Source: a virus (lineage: Duplodnaviria; Heunggongvirae; Uroviricota; Caudoviricetes). Taken from it: a stretch of 64,000 nt of DNA. Below the pieces are notes generated by a model, which saw nothing but the letters and a program-made list of their open reading frames with translations, made no database searches and was not told the origin of the DNA. The stretch covers positions 20,274 to 84,273 of IMG/VR virus record IMGVR_UViG_3300046522_000173, one strand, 5' to 3'. Below are positions 26,229 through 35,282 of this stretch, piece by piece; within the stretch, counting starts at the first letter, position 1; every line of letters begins with the position of its first letter. A program made the position numbers and the translations under genes.

Positions 26229-26486
26229 ATGGAAATTTCCGTATTGCAGAGCTTGATTGATCGTACGAGTAACCAGATTGCAGAGTATGAAGCCGCCATC
26301 AAGTACGAGAAGGAACAACTGGCAGGCTGGTGTGACATGGATTACGAGCGGGTGCAACGTAAGTACACGATTCACTACTACAATCAGAAGTTGCCTAAAC
26401 TGCGTAAGATTCAGAAGGCACTGAAGAAAGAGGTTGCACAAGAACTGGCGAAAGCTGCCAAACAACGTTTCTACGACAGCATGTGA
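26229..26486 (+). CDS. hypothetical protein (85 aa)
   Basis: RBS AAGGAGAG. Confidence 0.5.
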   Translation: MEISVLQSLIDRTSNQIAEYEAAIKYEKEQLAGWCDMDYERVQRKYTIHYYNQKLPKLRKIQKALKKEVAQELAKAAKQRFYDSM

Positions 26487-26492
26487 GGGCGC

Positions 26493-26753
26493 ATGAAAAC
26501 AACTCTTAGAGGACTCCACAAACAACACGTCGAAATTGAGCTTGACGAGCGTGATGTGCTGGACAAGGCTGTTGAGATTCTTATGTGCGCCCACGCATTG
26601 CAAGCAGAGGACTGGTTGGTGGACGGGGAGAAAATCTTCCGAGATGTAGGAGGGCAAGGGTTGCTAGTGCACTATGCTGACGACACCGACAAGGCCTTAT
26701 TTGATGTTGTTGACTTTATCAAACATGTCCGCTACTACAAACTGAAGGAGTAA
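26493..26753 (+). CDS. hypothetical protein (86 aa)
   Basis: ORF track entry. Confidence 0.5.
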   Translation: MKTTLRGLHKQHVEIELDERDVLDKAVEILMCAHALQAEDWLVDGEKIFRDVGGQGLLVHYADDTDKALFDVVDFIKHVRYYKLKE

Positions 26754-26754
26754 C

Positions 26755-26916
26755 ATGACAGTCTACATCGTAACAATCCAATACCCTAGCGCGCACAAAG
26801 TGGTGGCGAGTGACTGCACATGGACTAGCAGGGTGAGTGCTGAAGCGTATAGGGAAAGCTTGGATGGTATTTATGCGGGAGTGGCTGAGGTTGTTCTGCA
26901 TGAAATTGATTTATAA
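26755..26916 (+). CDS. hypothetical protein (53 aa)
   Basis: GAAGGAG 6 nt before ATG; under 60 aa. Confidence 0.35.
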   Translation: MTVYIVTIQYPSAHKVVASDCTWTSRVSAEAYRESLDGIYAGVAEVVLHEIDL

Positions 26917-26928
26917 CAAGGAGAAAGA

Positions 26929-27921
26929 ATGATAGTGTTAAGTTTGTTTGACGGGATGTCGTGCGGGCGTATTGCCCTGGAACGTGCGGGTATCAAAGTG
27001 ACGAAGTATTTCGCCAGCGAGATTGACAAGAATGCTGTTACGGTTAGCAAGGCAAACTGGCCTGACATCGTACATATTGGGGACGTTACAAAAATCAGCT
27101 ACTCAAATGGCGTGTTGTACACAGAAACAGGTGAATATAATGTTGGGAGTATTGATCTTCTGATTGCAGGAAGCCCTTGCCAGGGGTTCTCTATGGCAGG
27201 TAAGCAATTGGCGTTTGATGACCCTAGGAGTATGCTGTACTTCAAGTTTGAAGAAATCTTGAATCAATGTAGCCCAACTTATTGGCTTCTTGAGAATGTC
27301 AAGATGAAGCAGGAGTTCAAGGATGTTATTTCTGGGCGAATTGGCGTAGAGCCGATTGCTATTAATTCCAACTTAGTGAGCGCTCAAAATCGTTACAGGC
27401 TGTACTGGACAAACATTCCAGGCGTGACCGCCCCGAAAGACAGGGGGATTACTCTTCAGGACATTCTTCAAGACATTTTTGACGACAAGTATCGAATCAA
27501 GGAAGGTCGTCTGAAGTGGCTACAGAATTTCGGGGAAGTAAAGGAAAAGGGCGGGTACGTCGCATTCAACCCGACGAAGGCAAAGTGCCTGACGGTTCGC
27601 CGCGAACCGTCTTGGAACACCACATACATTTTGCAGTGGCCTCATGGTACGAATACTGGTGGGCTACGCGCCCTTGACGGGAAGACGCCAACACTGACTA
27701 CGAGTTCTTGGGAGTTCAACAACTACCTGCTGCATAATGGCTAGGTGAGGAAGCTAACTCCTGAAGAGTGCGAAACCTTGCAAACTGTTCCTTCTGGGTA
27801 CACAAAGCACGTACCTGAAGGTCAGCGGTACAAGATGTTGGGCAATGGTTGGACAGTGGACGTGATTGCACACATCTTCCAAGGAATTGTCAATGCAGAA
27901 AAGATGAAAGAAGCTGCTTAA
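26929..27921 (+). CDS. DNA (cytosine-5)-methyltransferase interrupted by an in-frame TAG at 27742-27744 (271-aa N-terminal part plus a 59-codon C-terminal continuation in the same frame)
   Basis: Motif I LFDGMSCG, motif IV GSPCQGFS and ENV are before the TAG. Immediately after it, in frame: VRKLTPEECETLQTVPSGYT..YKMLGNGWTVDVIAHIF (motifs IX-X), then TAA at 27919-27921. Confidence 0.7.
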
Positions 27922-28003
27922 ATACACAAGGACAAGGTTCGCAACGTCCGAGAGGATTTGAGAGGAAATTGGGCTTAAACGTCAATTGAATTAAGGATGA
28001 AGT

Positions 28004-28222
28004 ATGGAATACAAGGATATGTGGCCGCATCAACAACGTGTGGTAGACGAAATGCTTGAATTGAACCACAAGATTGCTAAACTGAACGACTTTATTGGCT
28101 ATTCGCCTTTGTTTGTAAAACTAGATGGGTGCGAGCAAAGTAGGTTGCACCGACAGATTAAGTTCATGTGCGAGTACAGTGATGTGCTGCAAGAGCGTAT
28201 TGATGCCTTCAAGGTGCTCTGA
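28004..28222 (+). CDS. hypothetical protein (72 aa)
   Basis: RBS AAGGATGAAG. Confidence 0.5.
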   Translation: MEYKDMWPHQQRVVDEMLELNHKIAKLNDFIGYSPLFVKLDGCEQSRLHRQIKFMCEYSDVLQERIDAFKVL

Positions 28223-28572
28223 TGACCTTCGGACAACAAACACCAGAGCAGCGTACAGAGAACATGGAGAAGGCTCGCATTGCACGAGCAGAGCAGGCCG
28301 CGCAGAATAAGGCTAATGAACATCTTCTAAAGCTTGAGTATATGGACAGCAATCATTGGCAGGAGCTTGCAAGCAAGTACAAAGTGAGGATGCCACCTTA
28401 CAACGAGCCATGCACAGCCAAAGGTATGCGTAAGTACATGAAGCGTGTGGGCATTACGAATGACCAGTGGAAGGAGCATTACACGAGCATGGAGTATTTT
28501 ATGGCTAATAATCCTAGGTTCACGTTGCTCGCGTGTGCTGGGCTTATGTTGGAGATGAGGGAGGGGTTGTGA
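28222..28572 (+). CDS. hypothetical protein (116 aa)
   Basis: ORF track entry. Confidence 0.5.
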   Translation: MTFGQQTPEQRTENMEKARIARAEQAAQNKANEHLLKLEYMDSNHWQELASKYKVRMPPYNEPCTAKGMRKYMKRVGITNDQWKEHYTSMEYFMANNPRFTLLACAGLMLEMREGL

Positions 28573-28793
28573 GATTCCACAATGAAGCGCTGCACAGGTT
28601 TATGGAAGAAGCCAAAGCGCATCATGAGCAACGAGAGGCGGCGAAAGCCACGCCCACATACAAGTTCGAGTGCCACGAGTACGTGACGTTGGAATATCAC
28701 GAGGAAGTGGTTGCGAAGCTTAAGCAGGAGATTACTAAGGCTTACAGCCAAGGTAAGAGTGATGGTGGTCCAGAATATTCTTGGAGGCTGTGA
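28533..28793 (+). CDS. hypothetical protein (possible GTG start at about 28569 behind GGGAGGGG)
   Basis: ORF track entry. Confidence 0.45.
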   Translation: MCWAYVGDEGGVVRFHNEALHRFMEEAKAHHEQREAAKATPTYKFECHEYVTLEYHEEVVAKLKQEITKAYSQGKSDGGPEYSWRL

Positions 28794-28993
28794 TGATTAA
28801 ACGACAATGTGTTATTACGTACGAGAAGTGGGTTGATGGGCATGCAGAACGCTGGGGCACTCAAACATTCACCACAAAGAGTTGGTGTGCCCCAGATGCT
28901 AGTAAGCTTGTTACGGATTCACAGGTGTTGGCTACGGAGATGAGCGGTGGAGAGCCTAATCAAATTCGTATTACAGGAGTGTTCAAGTTATGA
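28793..28993 (+). CDS. hypothetical protein (66 aa; ATG inside ORF 28781..28993)
   Basis: GGAGG 6 nt before ATG; ATGA coupling. Confidence 0.4.
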   Translation: MIKRQCVITYEKWVDGHAERWGTQTFTTKSWCAPDASKLVTDSQVLATEMSGGEPNQIRITGVFKL

Positions 28994-29250
28994 CAGACAT
29001 CAAACGTTACAGCCCTGTAGTCGCCTACGGCAACAGTTATAACGATGTTGCTGCGGAGATGGATGAGCGGGAGGATGGTGAGTGGGTTAGGTGGGGTGAG
29101 TTTGAGAAGCTGAAGGCTGAGAACAAGGAATTGGCGGGTAAGCTCACTTGGTGGGAATACAAGGCGAGAGACTTGCACGCCAATATTGTTGAGTGGAAGA
29201 CTAGGGCTAACAAGTTTGAGTCTGCGCTGATTGATAAGATGAGTGAGTAG
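28990..29250 (+). CDS. hypothetical coiled-coil protein (86 aa)
   Basis: ORF track entry. Confidence 0.5.
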   Translation: MTDIKRYSPVVAYGNSYNDVAAEMDEREDGEWVRWGEFEKLKAENKELAGKLTWWEYKARDLHANIVEWKTRANKFESALIDKMSE

Positions 29251-29337
29251 TGGCACGGGCCTGCTGATGAAGCTGCACATGATAGTGCGCTTTGTTGGCG
29301 GGCTTTTGTTTTGTGGAGACGTAAGAATGCGTAAGAG

Positions 29338-29366
29338 TTGACAAGATAGCTCTGCAATGCTATAAT
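29338..29366 (+). promoter_or_regulatory. consensus sigma70 promoter gcgtaagag-TTGACA-N17-TATAAT
   Basis: Perfect hexamers 30 nt upstream of the HTH gene. Confidence 0.6.
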
Positions 29367-29395
29367 TAGTACGTTAGAGATAAGAAAGGAATTGG

Positions 29396-29614
29396 ATGGC
29401 AAACGTTAAAAAATTTAGCAGGGAAGAAGCACTTGAGCTTAGGGCCAAGGGTTACTCGCACAAACAAATTTCCATCGCACTCGGCTGCTCTAAAGCTTGG
29501 GTGGCGAAGGAGCTTATGGGTGTGGAGAAAGGTGAAGGGAACGAGGTAGATGGCACGAAGGTGCAGGCTATTGCAATCCTGGAGGAAGCGCTGGCGAAAG
29601 TGCGGTCACTATGA
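29396..29614 (+). CDS. small HTH DNA-binding protein (candidate transcription regulator)
   Basis: Helix-turn-helix signature (SHKQISIALGCSKAWVAKEL). Confidence 0.5.
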   Translation: MANVKKFSREEALELRAKGYSHKQISIALGCSKAWVAKELMGVEKGEGNEVDGTKVQAIAILEEALAKVRSL

Positions 29615-30036
29615 AAACTAATTATGCAGAAATCCTCGGGGAAGAACTGCTGAAGAAGATGGAGACAAGGTACAAAGGAAAGATCGCAAGTACAAGGGGT
29701 AGGGTTGACAAGGCTGGAAATCCGATTGAGATGAGGTTATCTTTTGACGAATGGCTCACTATTTGGATGGACTCGGGTAAGATTGACAGTATGGGTTCTG
29801 GTCGCGGTGGTTATGTACTCTGTAGGGTGGGTGATCTAGGGCACTACGAGGTAGGGAACGTTTTTGTAGCTTCGGGCCTTGACAACGTGTTGGACGCTTA
29901 CGAGGGGCTAGATGAGATGGCAAAGAACATCAATGAAATCTGCCTGCGGACAGGGTACAAAAGAAGCGCAGTAAAGGGTCTGATAAAGCGGGGGCTTATT
30001 TCAATAGAGAGCGATGGTTCGGTTACAGTACATTAA
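29611..30036 (+). CDS. hypothetical protein (141 aa)
   Basis: ORF track entry. Confidence 0.45.
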   Translation: MKTNYAEILGEELLKKMETRYKGKIASTRGRVDKAGNPIEMRLSFDEWLTIWMDSGKIDSMGSGRGGYVLCRVGDLGHYEVGNVFVASGLDNVLDAYEGLDEMAKNINEICLRTGYKRSAVKGLIKRGLISIESDGSVTVH

Positions 30037-30049
30037 AGTAGGACACCAC

Positions 30050-30078
30050 AGGGAGCCTTTGTGCTCCCTTTTTGTTTT
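30050..30078 (+). terminator. rho-independent terminator (AGGGAGC-ctttgt-GCTCCCT followed by TTTTTGTTTTG)
   Basis: 7-bp GC-rich stem plus a T tract at the end of the plus-strand early operon. Confidence 0.65.
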
Positions 30079-30194
30079 GTAGGGAAGGAATATATGACAG
30101 CACCGCATGAGCAACCAAAAGAAAGTTCGACGGATACACTGAGTCATTCTACGATGTAGACCTTAACACACTTCTGGGCGATCTGCTGGGAAGC

Positions 30195-30890
30195 TCATTG
30201 AATTGGATGCTGAGTCGGTTGCTTCCACCGCTGCTGAATGTTCGACACAGATTTCGCAGTCCAGTCCTTGCCCCTCTGAGTCTTGTAGCTGCGAGAGTTG
30301 AGCGTAGTCGCAATCTTATTCAAGGAAAGCCCGCACGTAACCATGCTCTCAATGATGGGCCTCATCTCTGCTGCATAAATATTCGCCATGCGTTTGAGCG
30401 TGACGCGGCCCTTCTCACGGGCTTCAGTCATATCCGAGTTGTGCCCAGGCTTCCAGTGCGGCTCACGCTTCTTTTTTGCAGCAAGAGCAGCTTTGGTGCG
30501 AGCACCGATAGCAGCCCTCTCGGCCTCGCTAATGACGCAATAAATATGCAGCATAAATGGGGTGATGTTCTCCCCAAGCTCCGCGATGATGAACTTCAGG
30601 TCGGTATCCATCAGATTCATAATGAAGGATGCTTTCCTGGAGAGTCGGTCTAGCTTGGAGCAGACGAGAGTGGCCTTACGCTTCTTGCAAAGCTCAATGG
30701 CTCTCTTGAGTTCAGGGCGGTAGTCCAAGCCATACTTGCCGCTGACAGCCTCCTCAAAAATCTCAATGATTTGATAGCCGTTAGCTTGTGCAAAACGCTC
30801 GATTTCTTCACGCTGCGCCTCTGCACCATTGCGGGCCACTTGCTGTTTTTCAGTCGAGATTCGAATGTAGGCTACAAGAAGTTTGCTCAC
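30195..30890 (-). CDS. small serine recombinase (resolvase/invertase family), GTG start
   Basis: N-terminal catalytic block (YIRISTEKQ) and SKLDRLSR, with a C-terminal HTH; a single minus-strand gene between plus-strand units. Confidence 0.75.
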   Translation of the reverse strand: MSKLLVAYIRISTEKQQVARNGAEAQREEIERFAQANGYQIIEIFEEAVSGKYGLDYRPELKRAIELCKKRKATLVCSKLDRLSRKASFIMNLMDTDLKFIIAELGENITPFMLHIYCVISEAERAAIGARTKAALAAKKKREPHWKPGHNSDMTEAREKGRVTLKRMANIYAAEMRPIIESMVTCGLSLNKIATTLNSRSYKTQRGKDWTAKSVSNIQQRWKQPTQHPIQ

Positions 30891-31736
30891 AGTGTGCCCC
30901 AGAAAGATTGATTAGATGCTTTGAGTGTATCTGAACAGGGAGCTGTTTACAAGCGAATTTTCTTAAAAATTAAAATTTGAAGTGAGTATTTAAGTTTTAT
31001 TATAGCAACAAACATTGCAAATATATCTATCTAGTCAAATTTCAAGTTTTCAAAGGGAAAGTTCTGAAAAGTGGTCAATAGCGCTTGTGCCAATTAACGC
31101 ACCCAGATGGTGCAGAAAAAGGGCCCGCCAGCCCAAAATAAAGTATCCCGAAGGGCTTTGTAAAGGGAATACGTTCGTTGAAGGGATGCGATTCAGCCCC
31201 AAAAGCATACCCTCTTCCGCACCCCCACGTCGCAAGCTATCACGCCACCCTCCGCACCAACCCTACCGCATCCTCTCCCGTCATCCCGCCAGGGCACCTC
31301 TGACGCCCCTATCAGCCCCTCTGCGCTGCCATCTCCCACCACTGGCTATGCCCCTACACAGATTGCCCTCTCACGTCTCTGAGCGTCTCTGAGCGTCTCT
31401 ATTCCGCTGTCATGCTGTAGCTGATCGATACTTCGCTGTTGTGAACACTTGAATACCTGTTCATATGTTGCATAGAAAGCATCATTCACGGATGCTCACA
31501 GCTACCTATAGGTGAGACTGTACAGGGACCATTTGATGCGACATTTGTCACACGTGCGCTAAGAAGGAAGAAGGTAGGGATTGTGGTGTAGCACTCTGTC
31601 CCCATTTAATACCCTGTCCATTATACTAGACAGCAATTCCACTATACTGCACAGACCACTGCCCATGCTAGAAAGCGTTCGCCCAATAGCAAAAGGACGC
31701 CAAAGCGTCCCTGTTATGCACTACTGTTTAGCCTAC
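30891..31736. other. about 850-bp non-coding region: AT-rich segment, 210-nt pyrimidine-only tract (about 31190-31400) and GAGCGTCTCT tandem repeats (about 31372-31396)
   Basis: No credible ORFs; strong strand compositional asymmetry; candidate recombination site or origin region next to the recombinase. Confidence 0.4.
31688..31711 (-). terminator. rho-independent terminator (GGACGC-tttg-GCGTCC followed by TTTTGCTATTG) ending the minus-strand early operon
   Basis: Perfect 6-bp stem plus a T-run 15 nt after the stop of 31737..31973. Confidence 0.6.
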
Positions 31737-31973
31737 TTAGACAAACTTGACCTCCCAGGCGTCCTGCTTAGGGTAGATCATGGAGAACGCTTCTCCGAAC
31801 TCTTTACGCTTCTGTGCGATGTACTCACTAGCCATCTGCTTTGCTTCTTCGTCAGTCTTGACGTACAGAGTAGGCCCCTGCTTGCGTCCTTCATATGTAA
31901 TGAAAGCTTGCTGTACATAAGTGCCTACGATACTGCCTGATACATCATCTGTGAAGTCTTTGTATGATTGCAT
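31737..31973 (-). CDS. hypothetical protein (78 aa; ATG inside ORF 31737..32042, RBS AGGAGAAC)
   Basis: ORF track entry with a better-supported internal start. Confidence 0.45.
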   Translation of the reverse strand: MQSYKDFTDDVSGSIVGTYVQQAFITYEGRKQGPTLYVKTDEEAKQMASEYIAQKRKEFGEAFSMIYPKQDAWEVKFV

Positions 31974-32189
31974 GTTGTTCTCCTGGTGGGTTATCTGTTC
32001 CAATGACTTCATAATAACACATCCACACAACATTGCAAGCACATTCTTAATCTTTCTTACTATCCCTCACCTTCTCGCCCCTCCTCTCAGCCCTCAGCGC
32101 CTTTCTAGCATCTCTGACAAACCTGTATATATCGTAGACAACAACTAGGGCTAGCACTACAAGGAGCGCCGTATAAGCTTGTAGCTCAG

Positions 32190-32393
32190 TCATTTACGCA
32201 CCCTCTCAACCAACACAATCCAGCCGAATGCACCTGCTACAGCGCCACACATAACAGTCATCAGGAAGAACAACACAGAGACGAACACGGCCGATGCATA
32301 GGAAAGGGAAGCACTCCAGAACATTAAGTTAATCATCATCACAGCCATGACTGCGGAGATGATGGCGCCGAATGTTTCAAATTTGTTGTTCAT
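32190..32393 (-). CDS. small membrane protein (67 aa, 2 TM segments)
   Basis: Internal ATG behind AGGAG; the longer ORF would overlap the promoter. Confidence 0.45.
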   Translation of the reverse strand: MNNKFETFGAIISAVMAVMMINLMFWSASLSYASAVFVSVLFFLMTVMCGAVAGAFGWIVLVERVRK

Positions 32394-32433
32394 GTTTAGG
32401 CTCCTGGTTTGTGTTGTTTGCTTCAATGAACAC

Positions 32434-32462
32434 ATCATAACAAAGCTTCTTAAGCAATGCAA
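32434..32462 (-). promoter_or_regulatory. sigma70-type promoter TTGCAT-N17-TATGAT
   Basis: Minus-strand hexamers upstream of the membrane protein gene. Confidence 0.4.
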
Positions 32463-32468
32463 GCAATT

Positions 32469-32765
32469 TTAAGAATGTTGTTCGTTCATCTCCAGCGCAC
32501 AATTCAGTCCCCTAATGTACGCATGCATCAACTCCGCTAGTTCCCTCTTTGGCATATGTCCCCTGTCTAGAACATCTACGGCGCCGCCTGTAGGGCTCAT
32601 CCTCTTAAGAGCTACGCCACCGTATGCACTGCTGAGGTGGTAGCATCCGGCTTGCGGAACGTACTTGCCTGCTACGTCTTCATAAGGCCTAAGAGGGGAA
32701 TTGGTGAGCATGTTGATGCGTGCAATGATTGCTTCGAGGGTTGCTGTAGTGATGCGTTCGGACAT
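32469..32765 (-). CDS. hypothetical protein (98 aa)
   Basis: ORF track entry. Confidence 0.5.
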   Translation of the reverse strand: MSERITTATLEAIIARINMLTNSPLRPYEDVAGKYVPQAGCYHLSSAYGGVALKRMSPTGGAVDVLDRGHMPKRELAELMHAYIRGLNCALEMNEQHS

Positions 32766-32779
32766 GGCTGTATCTCCTC

Positions 32780-32995
32780 TTAAGCGTAGTAGCGCAAGCC
32801 ATCATCTTCCGCAACGAACCACTTCTTTTTGATGCGGGTTCCCTTGTGGCAAACTTCTTCCACTGGAAAGTCCCTATAGTGCGTTGCCCCGTATCCGAAC
32901 TTAATCTCTGCTGGAGTAGGTGGGCGATGATAGGTGCATTCCGTTACATCGTCGCGTACTGGCAAGCCGTTGATCTTTTTCATGATATTCCTCAT
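32780..32995 (-). CDS. hypothetical protein (71 aa)
   Basis: ORF track entry. Confidence 0.45.
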   Translation of the reverse strand: MRNIMKKINGLPVRDDVTECTYHRPPTPAEIKFGYGATHYRDFPVEEVCHKGTRIKKKWFVAEDDGLRYYA

Positions 32996-33017
32996 AGTGA
33001 TTAACAGTAGCTACTAC

Positions 33018-33455
33018 TTAGCCGTAATGGTGAGACTTGACGACGCCCGCCTCAAAGTCACCATATAGATAGAACTCACCATATGGCTTGCATGCGTCAG
33101 ACAGCTTGTCTCCTACTTCGCAACCGCTTTTCTCATCCCAAAAGCCCGATCCGTGCCCGCTGCGATTCAGCCAGAAAAGGAAGCCTAAGCGCCAATCATC
33201 CGCACCTGTTTCTTCTTTGAATTGAAACAATGCCGCTTTGTTAGCTTCAATGAAATCTTGGCAATCGGACAGCATGGCTTTCTTGCATGCTTCGGACACA
33301 TCTGAGAATTCATCATCAAGCTGAAAGCCATTACTGTCTTCTTCGTTCCTGTAATCGTGAGTAGACCACAGGGCAGCACCAATGTACCCTTGAAGGAATT
33401 GATGCACGATGATGGTGTTTAACACCGTGCCGCTGCGATTGTCGATGAAAGACAT
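33018..33455 (-). CDS. hypothetical protein (145 aa) with conserved-looking motif LNRSGHGSGFWDE
   Basis: ORF track entry; first gene after a terminator/promoter gap. Confidence 0.5.
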   Translation of the reverse strand: MSFIDNRSGTVLNTIIVHQFLQGYIGAALWSTHDYRNEEDSNGFQLDDEFSDVSEACKKAMLSDCQDFIEANKAALFQFKEETGADDWRLGFLFWLNRSGHGSGFWDEKSGCEVGDKLSDACKPYGEFYLYGDFEAGVVKSHHYG

Positions 33456-33828
33456 GATGTTTCTCCAGGCTATGCACCCTTGCGGGTTGCTGTGTTTGTT
33501 TCGATGGAAGAATCATCTCATAAGCTTTTTACTGAGTCAACAGAAACAATGAAGAAATCTGTCTATACAAATTCTATACAGGTTTATTTCTCCTGATACA
33601 ACTATTCGCCTAAGCATCCTGGCGCTACTATGTAAGCCATACGACATACACTCACAGGAGCGTTACAAGCTACAGGTGATAGACATTCTTATATAGAACG
33701 GCATCTACTAGGGCAAGCGCGAAGCTTCCAGGGTCATCGCCAGCATTCGATAGACATCTACCATCTCAGCAATGAATTGTTCATCTTTGAATCATTCAGC
33801 ATTGTATCCTTCAGCCCTGAACCATCCC

Positions 33829-33878
33829 CACAAACGACAAAGCGCCCCCTCTGCTACAACACAGAGAAAGCGCCTATA
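33829..33878 (-). terminator. imperfect GC hairpin followed by TTTGTCGTTTGTGG after gene 33958..34389
   Basis: Extended stem (GCGC..CTCTG..CAGAG..GCGC) plus a T-rich tract on the minus strand. Confidence 0.4.
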
Positions 33879-33957
33879 GGCATTGCAAATAAATTGTTGG
33901 AAGCTCTCTATAAGGAGGATGCCTGTAGAATCTGGACATCCTTAGACAATTCCTCTT

Positions 33958-34389
33958 TTACATTCCATTTCCTAGCTCCAGCACAGACAGCTTCCCCTTC
34001 CCATCCTGCCTCACCACAAGCTCCACCTTCCCAGCCATCTCAAGCCCTTTCTCCTGCATGCTGAAGTGTAGCCCTCCCTGGCTTGTCAGCAGCTTATAAG
34101 CCTTGCTGTCAGGATTGAGCATAATTCGCCTTGTCAGCTTCTTGATGATGTCCTCTCTCACGCTCTGCTTTGTTGTCCCTACACCCCAGAGGCAATTCTT
34201 TGTAAGGTTGTTTGTGTGTAGCTTGGGGGAATGTACAGAGGCGTCACCTGAATCGAAGCAGAAAACGAGTTCACGCTGTACATTGTCGTCTTTGTGCTGT
34301 GCTTGGTGGCTCTGTGCATAGGGGATGCTTATGAGCATGGCTGCTAGGCTAGCTGTGCAGAGGGACACTAGGAGGATGCCTTTGTTCAT
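33958..34389 (-). CDS. secreted/periplasmic protein (N-terminal signal peptide MNKGILLVSLCTASLAAMLISIPYAQS)
   Basis: Cleavable signal peptide; ATGA-coupled to the upstream gene. Confidence 0.5.
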   Translation of the reverse strand: MNKGILLVSLCTASLAAMLISIPYAQSHQAQHKDDNVQRELVFCFDSGDASVHSPKLHTNNLTKNCLWGVGTTKQSVREDIIKKLTRRIMLNPDSKAYKLLTSQGGLHFSMQEKGLEMAGKVELVVRQDGKGKLSVLELGNGM

Positions 34390-34392
34390 GGC

Positions 34393-34653
34393 TCATGCTT
34401 TCACAACAAACCGACTCTCAATCAATTCTTCGCACACATACTCTTTCAAGTCGTCAATGCTTCTGTTGTCCTGATAGAACCCTATACGTACTGCTTTCTC
34501 TTTTGCCAGTTTAGTATAGATGCCCACCTTACCGGTGCGACACTCTGAAGGAGATTGCTTGATATACACAACTCCCTCTATACCAACAACACGAAGTTTC
34601 AGGAGGTCTGCCTTGTAATTGTTTGATATGAGTACGGTTGCAACGCTAGTCAT
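34393..34653 (-). CDS. hypothetical protein (87 aa; ATG inside ORF 34393..34719)
   Basis: Start placed after the promoter at 34692-34719. Confidence 0.4.
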   Translation of the reverse strand: MTSVATVLISNNYKADLLKLRVVGIEGVVYIKQSPSECRTGKVGIYTKLAKEKAVRIGFYQDNRSIDDLKEYVCEELIESRFVVKA

Positions 34654-34691
34654 GCTCTCTGCTCCTGTTGTGTTGTGCTCCAATGATTCCC

Positions 34692-34719
34692 ATTCTACAC
34701 GCTCTACAGGAACATGCAA
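34692..34719 (-). promoter_or_regulatory. sigma70-type promoter TTGCAT-N16-TAGAAT
   Basis: Minus-strand hexamers. Confidence 0.4.
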
Positions 34720-34736
34720 GGGAATTCTTAAGAATG

Positions 34737-34958
34737 TTATGCTTTATTTCCTCTGTTCTGGAACCAATCCAACGCAGCACAGATTAATGGATTCTCCCAC
34801 CACTCATCTATTTGTCGTAAGGCGTTCTTGTCCCTGTAGAACGTAGGTCCGCAGTAGTGGTGCCAGTCCATGAACACATGTGTACCATCTTCGATTGGTA
34901 GCCGATAGAATGGAGAAACACACATGATGCCGCCAGGGATACGAATACATGTCATCAA
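34737..34958 (-). CDS. hypothetical protein
   Basis: ORF track entry. Confidence 0.4.
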   Translation of the reverse strand: MMTCIRIPGGIMCVSPFYRLPIEDGTHVFMDWHHYCGPTFYRDKNALRQIDEWWENPLICAALDWFQNRGNKA

Positions 34959-35054
34959 TCAGCCCTCCTCAATTGGTTATTCCTCACGTAGAACAGCCTG
35001 TCTCGCATTGATATACTTTCTCCTCTCCTCGGCCCTTGTAGCCTACATGCTCTT

Positions 35055-35273
35055 TCACAACTCGTCTTTAGCACGTTGTAGGTATGCGATACGTTCATCG
35101 ATAACCTCGATTAAGGCAAGCTTTGCTTCTTCCTCAAGGAAGAAGTAACGGTAGTGCCCATCACCCAACATGACAGGTAGCCAGTAGTCGAAAGGCGTAT
35201 TATCCGCCAGGTTGTCTTTATTCACTGCAACACAAGTTAGTAGCCCTGTGTCTACTCGCCAAACGTTATTCAT
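35055..35273 (-). CDS. hypothetical protein
   Basis: ORF track entry. Confidence 0.45.
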   Translation of the reverse strand: MNNVWRVDTGLLTCVAVNKDNLADNTPFDYWLPVMLGDGHYRYFFLEEEAKLALIEVIDERIAYLQRAKDEL

Positions 35274-35282
35274 ATCATTCCC

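Noticed and set aside
31015-31392. 125-aa ORF with Pro/Ser/Leu-rich product
   Set aside because: It is simply the translation of the 210-nt pyrimidine-only tract, which is not protein-like.
32046-32193. Apparent small ORF coupled to the stop of 32190..32462
   Set aside because: Careful re-translation gives only a 28-aa Cys-rich peptide ending at an in-frame TAG; my first reading as a 48-aa TM peptide was a transcription error.
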